DNA of 63,785 bases, filler included, from Octopus bimaculoides (GCF_001194135.2; 5 parts of 5 records of this genome joined end to end with filler, not necessarily neighbours in it), one strand, 5' to 3'; positions 1-12,428 are shown, numbered from the whole stretch's first letter. The notes: generated from the sequence alone by a model not told the origin. Made by a program: numbers and translations.

Positions 1-263
1 ATCATTATATTTGGAAAAATAGGAATAAATTTCAATGAGTATTACTTACTCGGATATAGTCCAACCCTTTGTCATCTATTTTTTGTACATGGTGTTTGGG
101 TTTGGAGATGATCTGAATTTTGATGTAACACGTGTGTTTACGATCGCCGTTCGGGTAGTGGAGGTATCAAGTTAAAATACATCATTATATTTGGAAAAAT
201 AGGAATAAATTTCAATGAGTATTACTTACTCGGGTATAGTCCAACCCTTTGTCAGCTATTTTT
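1..263. repeat. Direct repeat of 83 bp at 180-bp spacing (1-83 and 181-263)
   Basis: The two copies are identical except at 2 positions (54/234 and 75/255). The first copy may extend beyond the window start. Confidence 0.9.
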
Positions 264-359
264 AGGCTCCATGCGATGTCTTTATTTCCGATGTTTTTGG
301 ATAAGTTTCGGAGCAGTGATTTATCGTACTCACATGTTAAACTTCCCCGGTGTTTTGTT

Positions 360-1028
360 AAACACTCAAAAGAGTAAATTTTTAAAAAAGTGAAAATCTT
401 AACATCGGTCTACAAGTTGTCTTAGATACCAAGCACCCTCCTAACTATCCTAGCTGTTCCTAATAGCACCGTATCCTGAAGTTGTACTAAACTGGGTTTT
501 ATGCATATTTCCTTTAACCATCTCTTCAGATCTTGAGGGATAGTTCCCAATGCACCTGTAAGTAATGGGATACATTTTACTCGCACTCTCCATAGTCTCT
601 CTAATTCAATAGCTAGGTCCTGGTACTTTGCTATTTTTTCTATACTTTTCATATTAATCTTTTAATCATTTGGCACTGTAAAGTCAATAATCTGGCATTT
701 TCTATTTTCTTTATCTACTACTACCAAATCAGATCTTTTAGCGTCAGTTTGAATGTTAAAGTCCCACAACATCTTGAACTTCTTACCGTTTATCAGTATG
801 TTCAATTCCTAGCTTTCTGCATAGTTCCCAGTGGATTGCTCTCCCTAGGTTGTCATGTCTTTTCTTGTATCCTTTCTGTGCCAGCATAATACATTCACTT
901 ACTATATGAGTAAGGCTTTCCTCTTTTGATTTGCATAATCTACATTGAGAGTCTACTTGGATTTTGTGTATCTTGGCTTTGTAATCTTTAATGCTTGTTC
1001 TTGTGCAGCTAGAAACAAACTTTCTTTT
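360..1028 (-). mobile_element. R4/Dong-like non-LTR retrotransposon, 5'-truncated 3' fragment (CCHC knuckle plus restriction-like endonuclease)
   Basis: Minus-strand translation gives CRLCKSKEESLTHIVSEC..RHDNLGRAIHWELC, then WDFNIQTD..DLVVVDKENRKCQIIDF and KYQDLAIELERLW..GALG..LLGTARIVRRVLGI*. It is paralogous to 33653-35775 and abuts (TTA)n at its 5' end. Confidence 0.92.
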
Positions 1029-1032
1029 ATTA

Positions 1033-1066
<34 letters not shown>

Positions 1067-1704
1067 CATTATTTACAATAATCGTCATCATCATCCTGAT
1101 TACCATTATTCCTGGCTTGAAGAATATTGCAGAACGTCTGCTTGGAGGCCCTAACTTCCGAGTTGATTTACAGGGAGTAGAAAAACTGTAGGACCCCTGC
1201 AATAAGTGTGTGAATTTTTGAGGGGAATATGCTGTGTTAAATAAAATCATAATTATCTGATCCTCCTCTACTTTCTTTTACCCTTTGTCAGGAACTTTTC
1301 AACACCCCTTCGTATATGCACCCATACTCGTATATACAAATCACATCGTACCTCGTGCTGTTCACTTATCAATTAAAATAGTTTGCGTTCAAGCCGACTG
1401 CGATGTATCTATGCAGAGGGACATGCGAAGCCGAATCTTTACCTTGTGTGCTAAGCGCCAACCTGTCTCTGCACTGATTCGTCTTGTCGTTTAGAACAAT
1501 GACAGATCATTTCTCAGAGACTTATATGTTGACGTACTGCTATGATAGTTTACTTGAATGTTTATCGTCGGAACAGATGAATTATTCTCCAACGTGTGCA
1601 GAGGAGGGTGCGTGGGTGTACGTGTGTGCATTTTCGATCACAGAACAGGTAAACTGTTTAATCTAAACCACACCAAGCTTTGGTACAGAACATTATTAAT
1701 ATCT

Positions 1705-2140
1705 TACACCGATCAGTAGCAGGTGACGGCGGGACCGCAATTTGAGAAAATTAAATTTACGCACCAAATAGAAAAGTTGATCAAAATCTGAGAGATGATA
1801 AAGCAAGCTTTTGTAGCAGACCCAGAAATAATCTCATCGCAATTGTCTGTGGTCACATCGCACTTTGAATTGCAGTGCATTTGGCTCCTGTAATGGCATA
1901 TGTACTCAGAGCAACAAGAGAGGTTTTCTATGCAATTAGCGCCGACTGCATCGGCGGAGAAAAGCGGTTCATTCTACTAAGAAGATTTATTCATATAATG
2001 CTGAGTTGGAAATCCGTTTGTAATAATTGCATAGGGCCGCATTTGATGATGATGCAATTGTAGACAAAACGACGTGCAGCGTTTTTTTACAAAAAAATGC
2101 ATCAAACAAAACCATGCGGGGTAGAAACCAGGGTAGGTAA
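1705..2140 (+). mobile_element. Very degraded L1/Tx1-like APE endonuclease remnant
   Basis: Plus-strand peptides VAGDGG and IYAPN..SF..IAIVCG resemble APE motifs (YAPN, GDFN). There are many stops. Confidence 0.35.
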
Positions 2141-2215
2141 ACATATATGAGGAGACATGAACTCATGACAGAAAAGCTACCAAACCTATTACATGTATTA
2201 TATATCATCAAAGAT

Positions 2216-2455
2216 GGAGGCGCAATGGCCCAGTGATTGGAGCAGCAGACTCACGGTGGTAGGATCGCGGTTTCGATTCCCAGACCTAGCATTGTGAGTG
2301 TTTATTGAGCGAAAACACCTAAAGTTCCACGAGGTTTCGGCAGGGTATGGTGGCGAAACCTGCTGTACTCTTTCACAACAACTTTCCCTCACTCTTTCTT
2401 CCTATTTGTGTTGTACCTGTATTTCAAAGGGTCAGCCTTCTCACACTCTGTGTCA
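2216..2455 (+). mobile_element. tRNA-derived SINE (head type C joined to tail type E)
   Basis: A-box-like TGGCCCAGTGATTGG and B-box-like GGTTTCGATTCC. The head recurs reversed at about 17870-18060; the tail GTACCTGTATTTCAAAGGG recurs at about 37570 and 38570. Confidence 0.85.
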
Positions 2456-2630
2456 AGCTGGAGCACCACCTTTAGTCGAGCAAAACGACCCCAGGACTTA
2501 TTCTTTGTAAGCCTAGTACTTATTCTATCAATCCCTTGTGCCGAACTACCACGTTACGGGGACGTAAACACACCAGTATCGGTTTTCAAGTGAAGTTGGG
2601 GTGGGTACAAACACAGACACACAAACATAT
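2456..2630 (-). mobile_element. 3' tail of CORE-type SINE (family B)
   Basis: Reverse complement matches the tails at 31000-31180, 28850-29015 and 57570-57770. Confidence 0.85.
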
Positions 2631-3769
2631 GCGCGCACACACACACACACACACACNNNNNNNNNNNNNNNNNNNNNNNNNNNNNNNNNNNNNNNNNNNN
2701 NNNNNNNNNNNNNNNNNNNNNNNNNNNNNNNNNNNNNNNNNNNNNNNNNNNNNNNNNNNNNNNNNNNNNNNNNNNNNNNNNNNNNNNNNNNNNNNNNNNN
2801 NNNNNNNNNNNNNNNNNNNNNNNNNNNNNNNNNNNNNNNNNNNNNNNNNNNNNNNNNNNNNNNNNNNNNNNNNNNNNNNNNNNNNNNNNNNNNNNNNNNN
2901 NNNNNNNNNNNNNNNNNNNNNNNNNNNNNNNNNNNNNNNNNNNNNNNNNNNNNNNNNNNNNNNNNNNNNNNNNNNNNNNNNNNNNNNNNNNNNNNNNNNN
3001 NNNNNNNNNNNNNNNNNNNNNNNNNNNNNNNNNNNNNNNNNNNNNNNNNNNNNNNNNNNNNNNNNNNNNNNNNNNNNNNNNNNNNNNNNNNNNNNNNNNN
3101 NNNNNNNNNNNNNNNNNNNNNNNNNNNNNNNNNNNNNNNNNNNNNNNNNNNNNNNNNNNNNNNNNNNNNNNNNNNNNNNNNNNNNNNNNNNNNNNNNNNN
3201 NNNNNNNNNNNNNNNNNNNNNNNNNNNNNNNNNNNNNNNNNNNNNNNNNNNNNNNNNNNNNNNNNNNNNNNNNNNNNNNNNNNNNNNNNNNNNNNNNNNN
3301 NNNNNNNNNNNNNNNNNNNNNNNNNNNNNNNNNNNNNNNNNNNNNNNNNNNNNNNNNNNNNNNNNNNNNNNNNNNNNNNNNNNNNNNNNNNNNNNNNNNN
3401 NNNNNNNNNNNNNNNNNNNNNNNNNNNNNNNNNNNNNNNNNNNNNNNNNNNNNNNNNNNNNNNNNNNNNNNNNNNNNNNNNNNNNNNNNNNNNNNNNNNN
3501 NNNNNNNNNNNNNNNNNNNNNNNNNNNNNNNNNNNNNNNNNNNNNNNNNNNNNNNNNNNNNNNNNNNNNNNNNNNNNNNNNNNNNNNNNNNNNTTATATC
3601 CCTTCATCGGAGAGGGTGTAAGAGGATGGTTAAGCAATAGTTAATTTAGATAAGATAGGAAATAGAGAGTGAATTGGAGGAACGAAAATAGATGTGAGAT
3701 ATGATTGGAAATTGTATTTGTAAATCCATTGTTTAGGCAGAATGTGTATACGTGTGTATGTGTGAATGC

Positions 3770-3813
<44 letters not shown>

Positions 3814-3885
3814 GCGTGTATGCATACAAACATGCATACGTGCATAGATACATGCATAAATGAATACATACATACATACAGACAT

Positions 3886-5001
3886 ATTAACATTATAAGG
3901 CTTGAAACGAAGCTCTTTGAGCAACATTCCTTGTGCGATAACCTTAAGTAGATGCCCAACGAAGTCGCACGATTCTGCTGCAACGTATCATCAGATGAAA
4001 GGATGAATCTATATGAGCAGAACACTATGCATGGATATGTTAATAGAAAGCTCCAAGATGATTGTAACATTGATCATCAAAGCCCTTTATCATGAATCAA
4101 TAACCGGACTACTACCTCCTAATTTGAAGGTTATGAGTTTGCCATCCAGGAGCAGGAAATATCCACCAAGTACCTGATGCACAAAAGGGATAGAGATGCA
4201 GGAAATGTCGTAGAATTTGACAACCGCTGCAGACTTTGTGGAGTTAACACCGAAAATATCACCTACATCATAAGTAGTTGTCCAAAAATGTGATCATGGT
4301 ATCATTTACCAATGAGGAAGGATGTAGCTAGGACAATTTATAACGAAATCCATCGGAAAGATAACCCCGAGGAGAAAGAAATAAGAGTCTACAGTATAGT
4401 AGAAGCCATAGCCTCTCATAATAGAAAGGAGCTCTGGTGGAATGTCCCAGTGAAGATCTCAATAAAATTTAAGCACAACAGATATTATATAATGATTTGA
4501 GATAAGGAGAGAAATTCTACTGTTATGGAAACTATCTGCCCAGCGGATGTTAACATGAAGTTGAAAGTAAGTGAAGAAGAGAATTCATACGCTCAACTAT
4601 TGATAAATTTGCAGTTACCCCAGATTACAATTATTATGACGCTGGGATATGTAACACACTGCTTAAATGCAAACCTTGAGAAATTAGGCTTCTCAAAACC
4701 AGAAAGGAGAAAGCTAATTCGAAGACTACAGATCCAATCCATCAGTTGAGCTGTAAAAAATCTGTAAAACATTCCAGAAGTTTATCAGTTAAATATATAT
4801 GAACATGTCAGGATATGCAACTACATGCATGAGAATACACACATAAAACAAAACATACAAATTTGCACATATACATAGATACATACATACAAATATACAC
4901 TGTTGTTGATGTTGAAATTGCAATCAAGGAGCTTTGGATCTAGGTTAGAAACTGGCTCTTTCTCTATTGGCAAGAAATCTTGAAATAAAACATAATAATG
5001 A
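3886..5001 (+). mobile_element. R4/Dong-like retrotransposon family 2, 5'-truncated, flanked by (CATA)n on both sides
   Basis: Plus frames give FEGYEFAIQEQEISTKY..CRLCGVNTENITYIISSC (CCHC) and WWNVPVK..HNR..ETICPADVN..LEKLGFSKPERRKLIRRLQIQSI (RLE), with several stops. The 3'UTR matches 24781-25010 reversed. Confidence 0.9.
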
Positions 5002-5126
5002 CATGCATACATACATGCATACATGAATACATACATACATACATACATAGTGTACGTATCAGAATCTATCGCTGCCCTCAGGTTGTCGAAAATCTCTCTC
5101 TTCTAACAATCTCATGTTTTAGAAGA

Positions 5127-5139
5127 CAGACAGACAGAC

Positions 5140-5172
<33 letters not shown>

Positions 5173-5204
5173 TATAGACAGACAGACAGACAGACAGATA
5201 GATT

Positions 5205-5264
<60 letters not shown>

Positions 5265-5268
5265 TTGA
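5127..5268. repeat. (GACA)n/(GATA)n compound microsatellite
   Basis: Tandem tetranucleotides read directly. Confidence 0.95.
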
Positions 5269-7451
5269 TTATGTATATTATTAACGTATTTCTGCCTCCA
5301 GTAAATTATTTTCTTTCTTTCCCAAAGACATAATCAGAATATTAATGAATTTCTGTATGGGAAACTAATAAACAATGCATAACATCACCTGAATTTATAA
5401 TAACATGTTATGAATAAACCTAAAGACACTTTTTTAAAACATTGTAAGTTTTATTACAAACTTAATTTTTTTAATATTTCCAAATGTACATAATATTCAT
5501 TTCAGGGATAAATTCTTAAATATATCACAGCACATTGATACATGATCAGTGATGTAGGTATATTATGACACCATTGTTCTGGTGCTATATCATTTGCGTT
5601 CGTTTCTCGTGTTTTATTTAATAAAGCGAAAGTTAGTGACATATTTCAGAAGGTCATATCTCTTGGTAGTATTATATCCATTTTTCTAATCAACAATATA
5701 GATTATGAAGTTGTAAAAGGCTATATAATTAAATGGAATCTGAATATTTCCTGTAAATGGTCTCAGCAGAATTGATCACTTGACCAAATTTTCTATAAAA
5801 GTATCGATATTTTCATCGAGTCCATCACACAGAATGGGAGATTTCACGTAAATAATCACTTTCTTCTTAAAATTGGAAGTTTGTTCTACATTCCTGGTGA
5901 AAACTTACAAAATATTTTATCTGCAGCTCCATGGGTATCTGGCAATCGTATGAAAAAAGTGTATTATTGCAGCCGCGCCAATTCAACTGTCCAATATTCT
6001 GTAAGCGTATAGAGGGCTGCCTGATAACAATTAACCGCTATCTTTAGAAGAGCTTTCGACCGAGTAAGCCCAGTCATTGAATCTAGCTAAAATCAATGTT
6101 ATTTTTAAAAGCTCGCTTCCGAACAGCTGAATGGGGAGGACATATACGAAAACAAAGCGCAAGTATTTTGAAGAACAGTATTTGGTAAAAATAGGGAAGA
6201 AGGAGAGCATACTCATTACAGAAAAAGAAAAAAAAACAATGCCTTTTCTACATGGAAAGTGTGTTTTAGTTTGTCGATAAAAGTTGCATACAGCATGTTC
6301 GTATTTATTCCTTCGATTTTACATCAAATCTATTTTAGGATATCCCTATCATCTCATCTTTATTTTAGGATGGTTTCATTATGTCACATTTATTTGAGAA
6401 TGCCTCCGTTAGCTACAAGTTCCTAACAGGAGTAGCTTCTGCTTTACTACATTATAACGTAAATATTGGGTTGAAGGATATGTCGATCTTGGTCGCATAT
6501 CTTCCGAGTGGACAACACATTTATCAATGTAATGGTGTTCTAACGGGAACAACCAGAAAAGTAAATGGTTCTATTTAATAGGCAAATCTGTCGAACTGAT
6601 GAGGGTGTCCCTACTTTTCACTCAACCTGCTAGAAATGACAACCAAATCTCTCGCATCGAAACCTACAGATTTAAATATGGAAATATACATTTGCTAATA
6701 TCGTACCCGATGTTCAAATGAGTCATGCTGGAATGCCAATGAAGATATGCCCGATCAATTAATTTTAAGAACGCTGTGTTATGTAAATCACTGCTAATCA
6801 AGCTCAGCCTTCACAATAAATCTTAAAAGGATGCAAGACATCGTATATTAGTATTTTGCACATTTCAGAAAAGAGTTAGGTGGAAATCATTAGACGGGGC
6901 CAATGTGCAGCTTTTTAAAACATTGTAAACCGTTATCTCTGATCATAATTTCTTTAAATTACCCATTTATACTCTACAACCGAAGGCACACTTCTGATAA
7001 CAGGCACTGGATAACCATATTCACCTAGTAATACCACATCAATAAAACTTTGAATATGTGGTTTGCACACAGATGAATCTGGTTCTTGATGTCTTAGTAG
7101 TTTTGTAAGATTTATTCCTCAGCATTTTTTAAAACTATGATGATTAAAACCTGTTAAGTGCTTCTAAATATTTGATTCCTCGAGTCTATGTGTTAGAGAT
7201 CACATTGATATATCTATTGTCGGGTCGTCGCGGACAAACTGTCAATCCTACTGAGCTTGCTCAGTGAGGAGGAGGATTGTTGGACACCCTGTGGGATGAA
7301 AAGTTAGACCCGTCAAAGGGTGAAGGAACTCATGAGTATTCAACGGCCATCCAACAATGTGTGGGGTGCTTTTGTGGGATGTTTGTGCACGTGCGCGTAT
7401 ATTATTCAATATATACCAACTGAACTAATTGTTCAATATATACACTTTTAG

Positions 7452-7805
7452 GGCGGCGAGCTGGCAGAAACGTTAGCACGCCAGGCGAGATGCTTGGCGG
7501 TATTTCGTCTGCCGCTACGTTCTGAGTTGAAATTCCGCCGAGGTCGACTTTGCCTTTCATCCTTTCGGGGTCGATTAAATAAGTACCAGTTACGCACTAG
7601 GGTCGATGTGATCGACTTAATCTGTTTGTCTGTCTTTGTTTGTTGTTTGTCCCCTCTGTGTGTAGCCCCTTGTTGGCAGTAAAGAAATTAGAAACCTTAG
7701 CATGCCGGGTGAAATGCTTAGCGGAATTTCGTCTGCCGTTATGTTCTGAGTTCAAAATCCGCCGAGGTTGACTTTGCCTTTCATCTTTTTGAGGTCAATT
7801 AAATA
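7452..7805 (+). mobile_element. Two adjacent copies of SINE family A (tRNA head plus GTCGACTTTGCCTTTCATCCTTTCGGGGTCGA core)
   Basis: The same head and core recur more than 10 times in the window. The core resembles the Meta-SINE domain as recalled (unverified). Confidence 0.88.
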
Positions 7806-9073
7806 NNNNNNNNNNNNNNNNNNNNNNNNNNNNNNNNNNNNNNNNNNNNNNNNNNNNNNNNNNNNNNNNNNNNNNNNNNNNNNNNNNNNNNNNNNNNNNN
7901 NNNNNNNNNNNNNNNNNNNNNNNNNNNNNNNNNNNNNNNNNNNNNNNNNNNNNNNNNNNNNNNNNNNNNNNNNNNNNNNNNNNNNNNNNNNNNNNNNNNN
8001 NNNNNNNNNNNNNNNNNNNNNNNNNNNNNNNNNNNNNNNNNTATATATATGACGTTAGGGTATCATATTTTGCTTCATTTTCAAACTGAACTTATTTCAT
8101 TGCACACTCGTCAGAATGATAGGAACGTCAATGGTTATAACCGTGAAGTAACGCCACAGTTTAGTATCTAATTATATTTTTAATTTCCTGTAGGTTGGAC
8201 AGTTTAATGCTGGATTCTCCGTTCCGAATATGAACATTCAGTGATTTGATCAGCATAAGCTTCTTCACCGAGATTTCACCTCCTTATTGCCAGTAATTAA
8301 CTGACTCAATCAACTTGCCATTTGGTAATAAATTTGTACATTTATGATATTCGTATACTAGAGCTAAGGGAGGGAGACAGAGAAGGAAGCATTGACCCAA
8401 GTTTTAGGGAGCTTCTTAGTTTATCCATTAAGAGCGGCTGAACGATAACATACGAGAACAAAGTGTTCAGAACGAAAATGGAACAGGCTGAATCAATTAC
8501 CGGAAAGAATTCTTCCAAAGCTCGAATTGGCGAACTTTCAAGGTTATAGAAAAAGGTGTGCTTATAGGAAGATACAAAATTCAACATTCCCCTATATCGT
8601 TATCTTCATAAACAGCCACAGATAGCACATAATTAAGTGATGGAAACTATACCTGAACACTAGTGGAGCCTATACACTAGTAAAACGTAGTGATGTTTTA
8701 AATTGAGAAGATTCAATTAATACGGCAACGTTTAGCTCTAATCAAGACAGACAAAGAAGAAAAATTGGCCCATTTAAATTAATTAAATATAAATTCTACA
8801 AATAGATGTCAGTTTAAAGCTTCGGCAGGAAAACGGAAACGAAAGAACGAGTGAAATATAATATTTGTGTTTAATAATGACCATAACATTGTAACAAAGT
8901 GTCCAATAGAAAAATGTGCATGAATTTATCCCTACAAAATATATGCATAGGCTTATGTATATATGTATGTATGTATTCATGCAGATATTTATGTATCAGT
9001 CTATCTGCCTGTCTATTTGTCTTTGTATGTATGTGTGTATGTATGTATCTATCTATCTATTTATCTATCTATT

Positions 9074-9149
<76 letters not shown>

Positions 9150-9150
<1 letters not shown>

Positions 9151-9815
9151 TAGCAGCTAAGCCCGGTTTCACCCGGTCAGAGAATGACGCGAAGAGAGAA
9201 ACGAAGACATAAAAAAGAGGAAGAAGTGGATACGAAGTGGTGTTTGGGCGACAGATCTTGGCAGAAAAAAAACTATGTCATGGTGAGTTAGTAAGGAGAG
9301 CAAAGCAGAACTGGACTTACGTGGGCTAGCAGGACGATGAAAAAATTGCGGAGTTGAAATTGGAGCCGTTGAAGTTGCCGTTGTTATCATTGGAGTGCCT
9401 CTTGATAGATAACATTCTTCGTCCTTCCCTCGGGTGCACAAATAGAAAGACCATGGGCACAGCCAGCTTATAGTTGTACGTGTGAGAATACTTTCTCTGT
9501 CAGATTCAAACCAACCACTTGCACTGATTGTCCCCGCACCTTGTTCATTGTCATGGGAAGGCAGAGTTTGATGGGAAATTGCATCTGTTTAAAATTGTAG
9601 GTCGTATCGGAGCGGGTAAGGGACATGGGAGTTATAAGTATGTCTTAGCCAGCGGCCGATTCATTCAAGATTGTTGCCTACAGAACTCGGGAACACAATT
9701 TGTTGATAATCATCCCCGTACCATTGCACATTATTGGAGCATCTAAATTCCTTAGCAGCATGATTGTCGCGGCAACTTTCAGATGCAGTTCGTGAGCTGG
9801 TAGTTCTCCGGGTCC
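9150..9815 (-). mobile_element. Helitron 3' end: Pif1 helicase C-terminus remnant plus CTAG terminus
   Basis: Minus strand 9815-9387 reads LPAHELHLKVAATIMLLRNLD..CNGT..QFPIKLC..TMNKVRGQS..FSHVQL..TKNVIYQEALQ*. A GC-rich ACCGGGTGAAACCGGG lies about 11 nt before terminal CTAG (9153-9150), followed by T. Confidence 0.9.
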
Positions 9816-10485
9816 CCGCTTTTGTCAGATTTTTCATGGGCCGGCCGGTCTATCTCAGATTCATGGTAAGCTGGATTAAATTTTTCATCAACACAGGGGA
9901 GCCGAAATAATTTTTTCAAAGTCCAAGGGAGGCCAAATCGGGAAAAATGTTGAGAAATGCTGATCTATAAAGATGGTTTTTATTTAGGCACATCGTAAAA
10001 GTAATTATAATGAATTGTTTAATATAAAGAAAAGTATGTTTTTTCAAGCAAATACAGTTAGAAAAAATATTTACCATTTCAAGTCATCACTAAAAACAAA
10101 GCTCATCAATTTTTGAATGAAATAATGATTTTATTCTTTTATTCTAAGTTGTACATTTTGCCCGATAAATAAAGCAAATAATCACCAAATGCATTGTTAA
10201 AAATCTGCAACTCGATAGCAAATATCTCCAAATTGATTAGAAATGCAAGAATTTAATAATAACAATGTTTTTGAGATTCCGGTTCGAATGACGAGTGTTT
10301 TTGATTCACTTTTGACATGTAATACTTAAAAAATAGTGGAGGAGATATGATGTTGCTGTGGGCCGGAAGTATGCAAGAAGTTAATTTTTCTTTTGACTAA
10401 AACACAACCGGGACCCTACGTAAGGCATGTGTAAAATTTGAATTAAAATGGTTGTGTAATTCTGGAGTTTTAGGGATTCACACAT

Positions 10486-10585
10486 NNNNNNNNNNNNNNN
10501 NNNNNNNNNNNNNNNNNNNNNNNNNNNNNTTAATTAATTAANNNNNNNNNNNNNNNNNNNNNNNNNNNNNNNNNNNNNNNNNNNN
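10486..10585. other. Artificial assembly spacer 44N-TTAATTAATTAA-44N (also 40967-41066, 59983-60082, 62283-62382)
   Basis: An identical 100-bp structure occurs four times; the 12-mer gives stops in all six frames. Confidence 0.95.
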
Positions 10586-10608
10586 ACACACACACACACA
10601 CACACATA

Positions 10609-10857
10609 TCGTTGCTATTATGCAAAACTGTCGAAAGTTCAAGACGTTGCTTTTACAGAAATCGGAAAAATAGTTTCACCATTCCATAGCAAAACCGTTG
10701 TACTACACTTCAACAAATTTTGATATCTTGGCATCCGAAGCAGCTGGAGATACGAAATTTTAACCAAAAGAATCGGCTATTGCAAGCAAAAATAAATATT
10801 GAAAAAACCGCATTTGTTCAAATTTGGACATACAACAGTTTAACATAATAGCAACGA
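10609..10857. mobile_element. MITE with 22-bp terminal inverted repeats
   Basis: TCGTTGCTATTATGCAAAACTG at 10609 and CAGTTTAACATAATAGCAACGA ending at 10857 (2 mismatches). No coding capacity; superfamily not assigned. Confidence 0.75.
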
Positions 10858-10875
10858 AACACACATATACACATA

Positions 10876-11038
10876 TGACGAGCTTCTTTCAGTTTCTGTC
10901 TATCAAATCCATTCCGAAGGATTTAGTCGGCCCGAGACTATAATAGAAGACGGTTGCTCAAGACGCCAGGCAGTAGGTCTGAACCCGGGTCGTGTGGTTG
11001 GGAAATAAGCTTCTTACCACACAGCCACGCCTGTGCCT
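10876..11038 (-). mobile_element. SINE family B head plus CORE-like region
   Basis: Reverse complement of the head at 28695 and 30740 (TGGCTGTGTGGTAAG..GGTTCAG..). Confidence 0.85.
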
Positions 11039-11871
11039 ACAAACTTTATCTACCAACTTTTATCACTGTATTAATGGTAGACAAAATACTCCTGTTTTCC
11101 CAAAATATGTCTCGAAATGTCAACCCGGGCCCCATATGCACTGTGTAACTTCTTGTTAGCTAATTTTTTCCCTGAATGCACTAAAAACATTTTTCATCCT
11201 GAATATGTGCTGCTGATATTGGGGTGTGTCTGATATGCTTGGGCATTTTTTATACCATCAGATTACGGCAAGTGTAACTGTAGAACTATAACAATAACAC
11301 AACTTTGCTGTATACGTTACTAAGCAAACAGAAACATGTATGAACAACTGCGTAATATACACAACTTTATATTTTGATGGCTTTAGTATGTTTTTTCTTT
11401 CTATAGTCACATAGTATTTACTTTTGGTCTGTTGTGATCTCCCCGCTCTGTTATTGTAAATAAGTGTTCTTCGTTAACGGATTTGATTCTTGTCTTAATC
11501 CTTTGTTGCATCATCCTCTTCTCTATAAGAAGCATTTCATACTTAAGAAGATAAAGATAAAGATACATTTAGAGGATTTTCTCGCTGAAAAAAAAATATA
11601 AATAAAACGTTTAAGTACGCCCCTAAATCATTTTGGATCTTTTTTAAAACGGGGGCCACATTTTTCATTAACGAAACACTTTGAAACTTGGAACACTGGT
11701 AGAATGTGTCATATAAAACATCTTTTTCTCGTAGTCTTCTTTAAAAAAAAGAAATCCATAAGTTATTCCATGTTAAAGTTGTCGTATTTCTGTAATTTCA
11801 ACCAATCACTGACGTCCATTCAGCCGATATACATTAAGTGCCGACTACATAAACAAACGATTCTGAAACAA

Positions 11872-11935
11872 TTAACCCTAACCCTAACCCTAACCCTAAC
11901 CCTAACCGTAGGGTTAGGGTTAGGGTTAGGGTTAA
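11872..11935. repeat. Inverted telomeric-type repeats: TTAA-(CCCTAA)5-CCG-TAGGG-(TTAGGG)3-TTAA
   Basis: Read directly from the sequence. Confidence 0.95.
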
Positions 11936-12428
11936 AGCAAATTTAAAATGAAAAAAGCAAATAAAACGAAGGTATGGAGATTAAATACGCTTTACATCGC
12001 TTAATCAGCCAAAGGAGTAAATATAANNNNNNNNNNNNNNNNNNNNNNNNNNNNNNNNNNNNNNNNNNNNNNNNNNNNNNNNNNNNNNNNNNNNNNNNNN
12101 NNNNNNNNNNNNNNNNNNNNNNNNNNNNNNNNNNNNNNNNNNNNNNNNNNNNNNNNNNNNNNNNNNNNNNNNNNNNNNNNNNNNNNNNNNNNNNNNNNNN
12201 NNNNNNNNNNNNNNNNNNNNNNNNNNNNNNNNNNNNNNNNNNNNNNNNNNNNNNNNNNNNNNNNNNNNNNNNNNNNNNNNNNNNNNNNNNNNNNNNNNNN
12301 NNNNNNNNNNNATTTATTTCTTGTGAAATTGCATATTAATCCACACCATCAAATAACTAAACAATTAATTTTCTTTTCCAATTAATCATCAAAAGACTGA
12401 TTCTCATCTGACAATGCAGACCCTCAAA

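Noticed and set aside
2216-2290. tRNA genes at SINE heads
   Set aside because: They have A/B-box-like motifs but no complete cloverleaf, and they run into repeated SINE bodies.
6031-6216. 61-aa hydrophobic ORF as a membrane protein or receptor
   Set aside because: Short, with no motif and no supporting splice context; compatible with chance in T-rich sequence.
10530-10541. PacI-like TTAATTAATTAA palindrome as a biological motif
   Set aside because: It is always centred in exactly 44+44 Ns, so it is an assembly spacer.
11876-11931. Telomere-fusion scar interpretation
   Set aside because: Fusions give TTAGGG then CCCTAA; this is the reverse orientation and only about 9 units.
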